64,000 nucleotides of DNA from the NCBI RefSeq assembly GCF_052425735.1, contig NC_135767.1, forward strand, positions 3,534,001 to 3,598,000. Reading direction: 5' to 3'. The first letter of the stretch is position 1. The number at the start of each line of letters is the position of its first letter. The position numbers were made by a program, and so were the translations under genes. The DNA is from Oculina patagonica (taxonomy: Eukaryota). Under the pieces are notes generated by a model. The model searched no databases and had not been told where the DNA came from. It saw nothing but the letters and a program-made list of their open reading frames with translations. Below, one piece after another: positions 25,001 to 37,000 of the stretch.

Positions 25001-28000
25001 TGATGCACGTCTGCTTGTTTGTGAGATACCCACGCTTTTATATTTTTGTTCTGTCGACAGTGCTCAAATTCAAGCGGCGAACCCGTTTCCTGGGATTTTA
25101 TGTCCAAGTGTTGGCCAAGGCCCTTCAGGAGGGTCTGACAGAAACAGCACTGGACTGGACTAACGACACTATGACTTGGATCATAAGGTGAGTCACTGTT
25201 GTGACTGTTTTAGGGGGGGGAGGGCGGAGGGGGGGGTCCATGTTTCCTTGTTCCCAAAGAAATTTCCCTTGTGTTTCCTTGTTCCCTACTACCATTTGTG
25301 TTCATCCATAAAGCATGACGAATTTAACGCGATGTTTTACTTTTAAAACCTCAACGGTGTTGTCTGTAACGTGTCACTTTTGACCAATGAAACGTTTGCG
25401 GTCAGGTCGCGAAATTGACAACGTTTTGGCGCCATACGATCATGTTTGCTTTATGATCTACCAATATTTTCAAGATTTGCCCGCTTACTTCGATGAAAGT
25501 CTGCTCAGAAAATATTATTACAATGGAGACGAGAAAAGATGACAAGTTTGGAACGAATTATCGTTCAGGAGTCACTTTAGAACAAGATTTTCAATGCTTG
25601 ATTCATTTGTCCGAAGTGTCACGTTTTCAGATAAAACCGTTAACGTTTTAAAAGTAAAACAACGCGCTAAATTTGTTACGCTTCATGGATGAACGCAAAT
25701 GGTAGTAAAAGTATTTTGTTGATTTTTGTGATCCCTGTTCCCTAAAATATCAGAAACACAGCTTTTATTCCGGTGTTCCAAGGTTTATTTTCCTTTTGTT
25801 TCCTTGTTCCCAATTATTTTATGAGCATGTTCCTATGTTCCCTGAAACCCCTGAGAGGGGCTTAATAGTGTATGTTGCTGTGGTAGTTTGTCCAGAATAA
25901 TTTCACACAAATAATCCAAAGCAGTTTCAAATCACAGCACGTAAAATGTGTTTCATTTCTTGTTTCAGGAGAAACGAAATGCTGCTGGCTAACAAGCCTA
26001 CAATAGTACGGCAGGCGGCCGCTACAGCTGGACCTGAAGATGAGAAAATTAAGAAGTTTGCGACCGCTATTGTCGAGTTTAGTAAGGTAAAGACAAAAAC
26101 AATTCTTTTATTTGAGTTGTAGCTAACAATTAGAGGAGCTCTGTCACGGATTTAAACAGATTTTTGAACTGCCAAAATTTATATTTGTGTTGTAGGAAAC
26201 CAATAATGGCCCATTTTTATTAAAAATTCAGTGCTATATTAACGCAATGAAATAATTAAAAAGCATTTTTGGCTGCGGATGGGTAGGATGAAAATGGATT
26301 GCATTTGAAAAATTAAGGCTGAACTTTTCAAAGTTGTTTCCGCGTGTCATCGAATAGTCTATATTTATGGCCGAAGTTTGATTAATACCTACAAATTTAG
26401 GCGTTTTTCAAGGGTTAAGCTGCCTACCACTAATTTCAGAATAGACCAAAAATCTGCGAAATTCTCGTAACGTAGCTCCTTTAATCTCCTACGAGAGAGA
26501 CTTCTTTGTCCCACACCCACCCCTTCTGGTTAGTCTAGAGAAGATATCAGCTTCATTGACAGCTAGCTTGTTCTTTCTTTTTATAGCGTCTTTGCTTCTT
26601 GTAACATTACCTTTTAAATTTCTTCTCCAGCCCCCAACAAGAAGTCCGCAGAAGACTCGCCAGGGAGAGACTGGGAACGGAGAGAAAGAAGAAGCAGAGA
26701 TTGCTGTACGTAACAAACAGGAGAACACGTCCAGACCTCCACCGTCACAGAAAAAATCAATAGTACCCAGTACCGTGTCGAGAAGGGTAATGTTATTTTC
26801 GTTTCTTATTTATCAAAAGACGTTTAAAAACGTCATGTGCACACACTCTGTTGTTATTATTACATGTTGGTATTATCATTGAAAAGGGTAAGAGCGTATT
26901 TCGTGATCAGGGCTTTATCGGCACTTAAATGGGTTTACTTGAAAAATATATGTTTTCGTTTGATTCTTTCTGCATCTTTATCGAAAAATTCTGGTTTATT
27001 TTCTTCATAAGGTATTGGTTTGGCAAGTTATTGCAACCTAATGAAAACCGTATTTTCTTTACTGAAAGGCTCGAAGATTCAAAGGACGAACGGCTGAAGA
27101 AATCGACATTTTCAATGTGAGTATGATGTCAAGACAAGAAGGGGAAAAAAAGCAGCAAAAGTCTTTATAAAGTATTTTTGTTGTTTGTCGTGCATTGCTT
27201 TTTTGTGTGTTTTGTTCTGTTTTTCTTGTCTTTGAATTCTGTTGAGCCTTGTTAGAAGAGACTCTTCTTATTCTTTTCACGATCACTTATGTTCTTACTT
27301 GTTTGTTTGTTTGTTTTTTGTCTCAAGGCGATTGACCGGCTTCAGAGTGTTTTGCCTGAATACTGGAGATCCTCACAAAGACGAAAGAAGCTGAGAGCTG
27401 TAAGCTGTGAAGAACTGCCCTGGAGAGCACAGGTACTGCTTTTGTTAAGTATTTTTTGATTTCTTTCTTTCTGTTTAGTCAGTAGGCTGGAGGGTAAACT
27501 AAGAGTTTACTTTAACCAAGAAATCAACACAGTGACGGGCCACTCGATCTGGAGTACAACGTGCTAAATATCCGGCTACCGCGTCTTTCACTATGCTTAT
27601 TAGATATATCTTTTTGATTTTTTTTTTTTCATTTTAGATGGGAATTCTCCTCGCTGGTGCAAACTTCGACTTATTCCTTGACAAGGTGGAAAGCGGGCAG
27701 CGTCTTGCCGACGCAGGAGACGCAGAAAATCCGTTATACAGGTTTGTGAGAAACATGTTTGACTAGTTTTAATCTGTTTTTCCTTGGGGTGTCTGTGATG
27801 CTTACAAATATCAGTGTCAAACCTACACAAGACCAGTATGCGCTCTTTCTGGACACTGGAAACAAACTTGTTTTCTGTGCATTATATGTTGGCTAAAGAA
27901 CAATTTTTTTGACCTGCTACCATCTTAATTCTCAATTCGACAATGTATTGGTATTGTATGGAGAAGTTAATCCAGCTGATTATAACCGACTTGGGAATTC

Positions 28001-31000
28001 TGCTGCTGTAATGGTTTAGCACTTAGTTATATTTTTTTCCATTTTCGTTCCCATTCCTTGCAGGCCATCGTTCATGGATCCTGATTGGTTCGGCTATGCT
28101 ACATCCGGGACCTTAATAGTCTCGTGGGCCGGTGCGTCAAGAAGGGTCTCACCAGAGCCCCCCGCGGGATTTAGTGGCTCCGCTCTGGATACGCCATTTT
28201 CTCAGCAAGCTCTAACAGGGGCTAGGTAAGTTGTGAGATGTGTGGACTCCCTTTACCCTCTCCCCTACTGAAATGATTGCTTGCGAATTAAAGTCAAGGT
28301 CCATTAACAAATCTACAGTTTTTGTGAAATCCAATGTGCCGAAGCCAAGAACGCGTTTGAATATCGAGAATAACTTGACATCACGATCACGATCCTTGTC
28401 AGTCGCCCGCCATTTTAAAAATAAATAAGTGGCGGACGACTGACAAGGATCGTAGATCGAAAAATATATCGGACTCCCGCAAGAATTACGTTTTTATTAA
28501 GTGAACTGTTCAAGAACAACTATTTTACAGCTTTTTTAAGTTGGCTAAGTGCGTCGAACGTGTACAGAAGACATGTCTAGTTGTTCTCGAAATCTACAGT
28601 TTCAAATTTGAAAGAATCTGTGACTGACTGACTGACTCACTGACTCATTGTAATTTCATTGTTTGTTATAAAGTAATTTGTTAGCATAGTTGCTATAACA
28701 CCTTTATTGTAACTAGACCAATACCTCCCTTTGGAGTGTAAGGCACAATAAAGATTTACTGTTACTGTTACTGTTACTGACTGGGTGACTGACTCACTGA
28801 CTCGCTGACTGACTGACTGACTCACTGACTCACTGACTGACTGACTAACTGACTGACTGACTGACTAACTGACTGACTCACTGGCTAACTGACTCACTCA
28901 CTCACTGGCTGAGTGGCTGGCTGACTTACTAACTCACCGACTGACTTTGGTTGACAATGGAATATTGACTAATTGTTAAACTTTGTTTGACGTTTTGATT
29001 GGACAGGTCCGGAAGCCGAGTGACAGGAGTCACTGCAAGTGAAAGCTCCATAAGCAGGTCGCCCATGTTCTTTCTGCTCTCTGCACTGGAACATTTATCA
29101 CGAGCCATTGTATGTAACAGCAGTGAATTGTTTTAAAATACTCAGAGACACAAATATCTTTTACAGTCTGGACCGTGACACAGACCGCAGTTTTTAGAGA
29201 GCGTGTTGCTAAGTGGGCATAAACAAAAGAGAAGAAATTTAATATAGTACACAATGTTCTTAGAGTATCACCGTTTGTTTTAACTTATTTTGAATATAAA
29301 ATCTTAGTTTGTTTTTACACTCGTTTTATTTCAACGGTTATTTTTTGAATTGTAATCTTTTTATGTTCAGACTTGGTTTTTTAAATTGTAACGATTATTA
29401 TTTAAGTTGTTCATTCCCTGATGAAGTCAGGCCGTGCCTGACGAAATATTGGGAGGAAAATATATAAGTTTAATCTGCCTACCGTAATGTCAGTCTTTCT
29501 GTTTTCTAAGTTTGTATTTGGTTAAATCTCGCAAAGACATAATTTAAAGAGTTTAGTTTACTTTTTGTAGGTGCTGGCATATCGTGGTAAGTTCTGGACC
29601 ATGCTCCAAAACGCCTGCCGGACCCTGTGGAACATGACACAGACGGTGCTCACGCGAGTAGTGGCAGGAACGCTCCATCTCGCTGAGGACCCTTTGGCTG
29701 AAGGAAGTACTGATATTGATGCGCTGAGAAAGGTCCTGTGGCAAAAGTTCTATTTTGGAGCCGACAGATTATTGGACATGGTGGTTTTAGTTCAGGAGCA
29801 GATCAAGACAGAATCTGAACAGAATAAAAAGGTATAAAGTATTTTCTACATCGCTTGTCATTTTAGAGGGTCTCAATGGGGTTAACCATTAGCCATAAAA
29901 CAGCTAAAAATTTTACCGTTAAGCGTAAAAACTGAAAAATTTTAACCGTTCGCCGTTAAAACAATTTAGCTGAAGAAAAGTTCTAGCCATAAAAGTGAAA
30001 GTCTCAAGATTTCTTGTCAAGACTTTTATGTTCCTTTTTAAACCGGAAGAGTCGGACATGTCTGCTGAATGTGTCGTGGACGAGTTGATAGACGTTTTGT
30101 AAGCTGTGACTGTAGCTCTGACTATTGTACCAGCCTTGCAATCAATCTGGTTTTATAAGCATTTAGAGTGACGTCTGGTACGAGCATTTCTTGAACAAGA
30201 GATCCGGCAGCAGACAAGCCAAGCAGTTTTTTTCTTCGTTGCGTGGTCCCCTGCATCCAAACTGTTTCTGATTATTGTTAGACCATATTAAGCTCTTTCC
30301 ACCCTCCAACAAAACTCATCAACACGACAATCAAAATTAATTATAATTTTTTTAAAAAAACAATGAAAACTTTTTGAAGAATTTTTGTAGAATTTTCTAA
30401 TAGGAAATTAACCGTTGGCCGTAAAAAAAAAAACAGAACTTTAACTGTTATAAACCGTAAAAGCTACCACCTCATTGAGATCCTCATTTTATAGTGTTTC
30501 ATAACGTTCTTTGCATTCTAAGCTATTGCGTGACTACGTGACGTCTTTTTCAGCGTGACAAGGTGAAGAAGGGAGACCTGGTCATAAATGAACAGCAAGG
30601 CATCATGGGAGGAGTAGAAGATGAGAGAGGTGGGGCGAGTCTGCTGTTTGAAATACCGCTGGACAACACAAACGTGGCGGACACGCGCTGGCTCAAGCGA
30701 TTCATTCTGTATACAGTGGAAATGTTGTTCTACGAGCGAAAATGGGAGAGGACTGTTAGCATTATCCTGCGATTCAATGCGTTGACAAGGTGAGAACAAA
30801 CAGAGGACTAAGTACTACTAAGATGAAAGTCTCTCTGAGCCCGTGTTCGCCAGAGGACAGGTTGCTAAGCACTTAACGAACGACACTGTTGCTTTTAAAT
30901 AGAGCGGTTTTCACCTGAGTCTCGAAAGTAATGCAGAATTGCTTTGGTTATGCTTTACCATGCTCTGTGATCGACTTTAAAAACTCGCGCCACCGTCTCT

Positions 31001-34000
31001 ACCAATCAGACGCAAAACCAACACCAATCACGACTTAGTCACGTGTGTTTTCCCGCGCTTGGCGGCGCCGGCTTCTTGCTTGCTTCGAGTTCGTATTGGT
31101 TTATTGTGTTGCTTATGTTCGCTATGATTGGCTCTGTCATTGCTTTGGCTTTGTTTCTACGATACTCAGCTGAAAACTGTGCTTATTTTTTCTGATTCAT
31201 GGCTTTTCAATTTTAACAACAGTTTTGTTAATGTAACATGTCCGCCCAAAATAGCGTAGCCTAAGGAAAGCGTGACCTACCTACGAGTTATGCCATGGAG
31301 TCACGCCCTTTATCTGAGCATTTTAAAGCAAAGGAAAGCTTGACCTCGCAGTAAGAAAAGCATGACCTACCTACGAGTTATTCCATGGAGTCACGGCCTT
31401 TATCTGAGCTTTTTATAAGCTAAGGAAAGAGTGACCTAGTAGTAATGAAAGCGTGACCTTCCTATGGGTTATGCTATGGAGTCACGCACTCTATCTGAGC
31501 TTTTCCATTTTGTTTGCAGGAGTCGTTATGCAGAGTCACTACTGCCCTTACTTATTGTCGCTCAGCGAAATCTTCGGCAACAAATCGAAGCTCATGGCGG
31601 CCCCTCCAAAAGCCAACCTATCATCACCGTCTCGAAGGAAACGGGAATCGCTGAAGAGTTCTTTATAAAACCGGTTGATTACATGTCGATTGAGCCGGCG
31701 GTACATATCGATCCTAAAGGCCATGACGTGTACAGCGGTAGCTTGGATGCGCTAAGACTGGTCTCAGTCCCTCTCGATGTCAATAAAAGCTTGCAGACTC
31801 TACACCAGGCTCTTGATTTGAAGCATCACACGGCGCGGTCGCTAGAGCACAGTCGACAGCTTTTGCTGTGTTATCTCGCGGGTCAACAAGAAGGTAAGGG
31901 AACTGGGCAACATTCTGTTTCCTTGGTTACCGTTATGTTATTACAGTGATATTATAAATTGGTAGCCTTAACTATACGTTGGATTGCTTGTTTAAATATT
32001 TTGTTTTTGGAAGAAAAACTTGAAACCCTTTAAAACAAAAATCAAAAAATGGAAATCAAACAAAAAACGATGGATTTCTAGGGAGATTATAATTAAAGAA
32101 GACATGTATTATTTTTCGATGATTTCGTTTCATAGTATGTTTTATAATATCAGGGAGGTTTATCGGTAGGGGCGTTATCATAAGCATTTTCACTTCATGG
32201 TGGATTTCGTTGTATTAGGAGGTTAAGAAAGACTTTGACGAAAAGACTTTGAGAAAAATTTTGGCACACTACTACAGCTCACGCAAAGTGCGTCACGCAC
32301 GCAAACCTCGGACTTGCGTGTTACTCAAGTGATTGTTTTTCTAAAGGTTGTTTTTTGCTTCACCGCGCCTTTCCTTTCAAGGCAAGGAAGTCCTAAAACA
32401 TTAATCGCCTGGTTTTAAACTTCTTCAAGCTTCTTGTTGTATCGGGTGTTTAGTTAAAAACGGTGTCGGTCTATTGGGGACTCGGTGACACTGGGAGATT
32501 CTTTATACCAGGAGCTTATTTTATCGGAGGGGTTCGTGATGTCGGGGATTTTGTATTGAGGGAATTTCGTTATATCGGGATTTTCGCCGTTATTATTATG
32601 GTTCGGGGGTTACACCTTTCTACTGGAACAAACCTGTTCTCCATTTCACAAGTGTGTTTCCTTGATGTTGTTTCCAAACAGGCGGGTCGAGTACCCGTTT
32701 ACAGCGCGGGTCATCCCGTGTCGGGTTCTTACCAAGTCAAGTGAAGCCTCCAACAGATGTACCAGTGGATTTAACAAAAGAATTGTTTGACGCTGTGGAG
32801 GATGTGCAAACTTTCACTCTACAACCCTCGCAGCTGGCTGTGGTTATTGCTTCCTATGACAAGACGATTGGTAGGGTTCACTTTCGTATTTATTCAGAAA
32901 CGTATTACAGCATGATTAACAGTACCACATGAAAGAACTGCTCAATAGCATTCAATTAAATAGTCACACACTAGGGATTCATCCACAGGCTTAAAAGTTA
33001 GAACCACCTTGTACAGCATAATGAACAGCAACACATGAAAGTACTGCTCAATAGCTTTCATTTGAATGGTCACACACTTGGGTTTCATCCACAGACTTAA
33101 AATTTAGAACCACCTTGTACAGCATAATAAACAGTACCACATAAAAGAACTGCTTAATAGCATTCAATTGAATAGTCGAACACTAGGGATTCATCCACAG
33201 ACTTAAAAAGTTAGAACCACCTTGTTCAGCATAATGAACAGTACCACATAAAAGTACTGCGGTAGAGCTTTTATTTGAATGGTCCCACACTAGGGTTTTA
33301 TGTGCAGACGAAGAGGTTAAAACGACATTAGTACAAATTTGACTCTGAGTGAAAGGATTAAAAATGATTGTTACTCTCAACAGAAATGTTACAGTTTCGC
33401 AAACAGAAAAGTCTTGCCGCTCAAGCTATGCACGAACTGGGAAACATTATGTTTCACAGTGGAAATATCAGGTGTGTGCATGAGTTCCTGTTTGTGTAGC
33501 CTGCGACTGCAGCTGTCCTAGGCCTGTTGTTAACCATTCAGGGAAAATATTTACTTTTGCAATAAATTAGAAGGAAAGCCAAAAATAGTCATGGCTTACG
33601 CGCGTTTTCGCACACCGACTGCATGTTTTCCCGCGCTTGACGCTGGTTACCCGTTTTCCCGCGCTTGGCACATCAAGTTTTGATTGGTTCGTTTCGTTCT
33701 TGTAACAGTTATTAAAAAACCGCTTTGCTGGTAAAATATTTAACTTTTTTAGCGGGGGTAAAGGAAGAACGCAAAATATAAGCAACGAATGATTGTATTC
33801 TCCTTATTTTCTCTGTTTTGTTTGAAACCCAATCCAGGGCTGCTTACAAGTGGTGGGCAGAATCTCTCGACACAGTTCTCAACACAACAGACTCGCTGAA
33901 AACGTGGCGTGATCTGACGTCATCCTCTGACACGTCACTCAGACCTGCTGCCGTTCTTCTTCAGAGATGCGGTTTGTGGGGATGTCTGCTGGGAGGAGTT

Positions 34001-37000
34001 TTGGCTGCTGATATCGCCCAGTAAGTCAAAAATGAAGTAGATCTTCTGCTAGCTAACGCATTGAAAAGGTGGTCCTATTTTTCAACACGCGCCGAGTTTT
34101 CTCTCTAGAGCAATACCACTGCAGCTGAAAAGGAGCAATTGAGTTTTTAGTCGAAATGATTGAGCCCGCGGTCTTCGTCATAGACGTTGCTAGGGAAACG
34201 TTGCTAGGTACTTTGATATATCGCTATTGCGTCATGTCAACGTGACAAATTTCTCAGCGCTCTCGAAGTACTAACACAATAAAGGAAATTCAATCACATC
34301 AATTAACGTGTCATCTAAAAACGATTTGTAACGCAATGTTATTTTGCTAAATAAGGTGGCGAAGTTTTTTAACGCAATATATTTTGTGGCAACATGTTCC
34401 ACTTTTTTTCCAAGCAACTTCAAAAGAACAACTGTTGCCTAAATTTTGTTGTTGTCGCTCCGTGTTGTGTTAAATATCGTCCTGTGTAACTATCACATAC
34501 ACCAACACCCCCATATTTTCTGATGAAACTTTATGGAACTACACTTTTTATTGCTTTCACAGATACATTCACACGTCGAACCTTGGTCTTCGCTTGGAAT
34601 GTTGCCTACTTTCCGCTACATTCTTCAAGGTTAGACAACTTCCTTCTGTTTCGTTTTCTGCCCAGTTAGTAGTTAACGTTTTCCCATTCAGAATTTAAGT
34701 TTTTTCTTTTACCTCATTTCTTTTTCCTCGTAGGCCTTGTTCTGTTCCTCCCTGCCCCACCCCACTGCGGACAAAGATTATGCTTTGTACGAGGTTGGGA
34801 CTGGGTGCGAGGTGGCCGAGCTGATACCTGGGATAGATCTCCTGTCCGAGGCTTTTAGAAGTAATGGACGGTCAGTTGTGGCCGCGTTAAGATGGATTAC
34901 CGAGGAACTGGCCCGAGCAAGATACCTTATCGCGGTAAGACATTTATCTCAATTTAATGAACTTTTTGGATAAAAAAGAAACGCGCAATCAAACGATTCC
35001 CCCCCCCCCCCCTCCGATGAAAATAACATTCCAAATAAAAATACCATTCCAAATTTAACCTACTAAGCCTTACTTATTTAAGAGTCAAACGTTTTGGGAT
35101 TGGCCATTTCAAAATGTATTGCCTGGTCTAAAAGAAACTATAGTGAATCCCGCTTATAGAAAAAGAAACATATTTCATTCTTCCAGAAAGACGCTGGAAG
35201 TGAGGTTCACATTTTTCCCTTGGAAAATCCTTGAAAAGTATCTTCTCAAACTCACCTATGAACCGTGATTGTGGTTTGCATATGTGATCTTAATTAGCAC
35301 AGGTTTTTTACGATTTTATTTCTCCGTTTTCTCCGTAGTTTTAGTTTTGATTAAAAAGTTATATCAAGCACTCCAGATAAGAGAGTGTTTCATAACATTT
35401 TCAAATACCTCAAAGTTCGTCAAAAATACTCCGCTGCACGTCGTATTTTCAGGTCTCTTCTCGGTGTTTGAAATGTGATGAAACACTCTCTCTCGTCTTT
35501 GATGTATTATCTAACAATACTACGTCGCCCAGCTACAACCTAGTTGCAAATCCTCTATGTATTTTGGCAAACACCTTTCCCAGGGTCTCTCATTTCTTCC
35601 CAAGCCTAGTGTTCTACTCTATTTCCAACTGAGAATACGAACAACCTTCTCTGATTTGTTTCATGCAATTGATGTTGTGTCGGTTTTGTTGTCTTACAAG
35701 GTTCTACCGCTGATCACACTGTGCCTGTACTTCTCGACTCATGTGTCACGTGACCTTCAACGATCGGTGGATGTCAGAATTCTCAAGGTGAGAAATTGCT
35801 TCAGTTTGAGCACGTAAGGGGCTGATTTCAAGTTTAGTTTAATCTAATTAAGAATCTACCCTATTAAAAGAAGGAAAAATAAAATAAAAACTAGAGACTT
35901 TTCAGGAGTAGAGACGCTAATATAGACTTGAAGTTATGTTTAAAAGAACACAACAATAATTATCCAACCTAAGATCACCTACCTTTGTAACGTTACTACG
36001 GGGACGAACGAACAAACGAACGAACGAACGGACGGACGATCGAACAAACGAGCTGGCAACGAACGAACGAACGAACGAAAAAACGAAAAAACGAAGGGAC
36101 GGACAGAAAAAGGGCGGACGGACGGACAAAAGAACGCACGAACGAAGGGAAAAAAGAACGAACGGACGGACAAATGAACGAACGAACGTATTTACTTTAA
36201 GTGCATTTCCCATTATATCCTCTTGGTGTGAAAGAGTTTATGTGTTTTTGACATTTTGTACACAGGTGCGTGTTCTCACCGATCTTGGAATGTTCTCAGA
36301 AGCGACAAAAGTTTTAACAGCTTTACTGCTTGGCGAGAAACTTCCTAAGATTTCTGATGTTGGCTTCAGAACAGTGGAAAACAAAACGGTATGGTCTCTT
36401 CACCTTTTTTTTTCAACTCTTGTTGTACTTGTTTTTGAATCTGGACTGCCAGCAAGTGTCTGTTTTTGTGTTAAGACATGCACCTAAGGTTTTGGAGTAA
36501 ATGGGGAATATGTAACTCATTCTGATAAAAATTTTCTTACACATCAAATGGAAAAGTTTTAAGGGGTGTTGGTTTAAGATCCGATATTGTGTACATTTTA
36601 CAACGTAACGATTTACAAGGTATTACTTTTTCCCAGACCCCACCACCGGTGTTCAGCAACAAGGAGTCTCTTATGAGTGCAGGAAACTTAGCGGTAAGTA
36701 GCCTATTATGTATTTCTCAAGGAAAACTATCATATATTTTAGCACAATTTCTAGAAGCTTAAAAATGCCTAGCTAGACCGTAAGAACCTCGCTATATTGG
36801 TATAATTTTGTAGAGCAGTACTTGAGGGTGAGAACATTAATATTATTACATTTCCCTTTACCACGCTTACGATTCTCGCGCCTCGTTGCTTCGCCGCTGT
36901 CGCTCTGCGCTCGTTTCGGCGATCCACTCATGGCTTTATTTGTAACTGATAACAAGATAGGAACTGCTAAGAATCTAATACCTATAACTTTGAAGGCTTG

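Noticed and set aside
27012-27068. Upstream acceptor for exon 28 (ataag|gta)
   Set aside because: Gives an in-frame TAA in the required phase; the acceptor at 27068 keeps the frame.
32907-33300. Regularly spaced repeats superficially like a CRISPR array
   Set aside because: Whole 106-bp units repeat with no unique spacers; eukaryotic intron, no cas genes.
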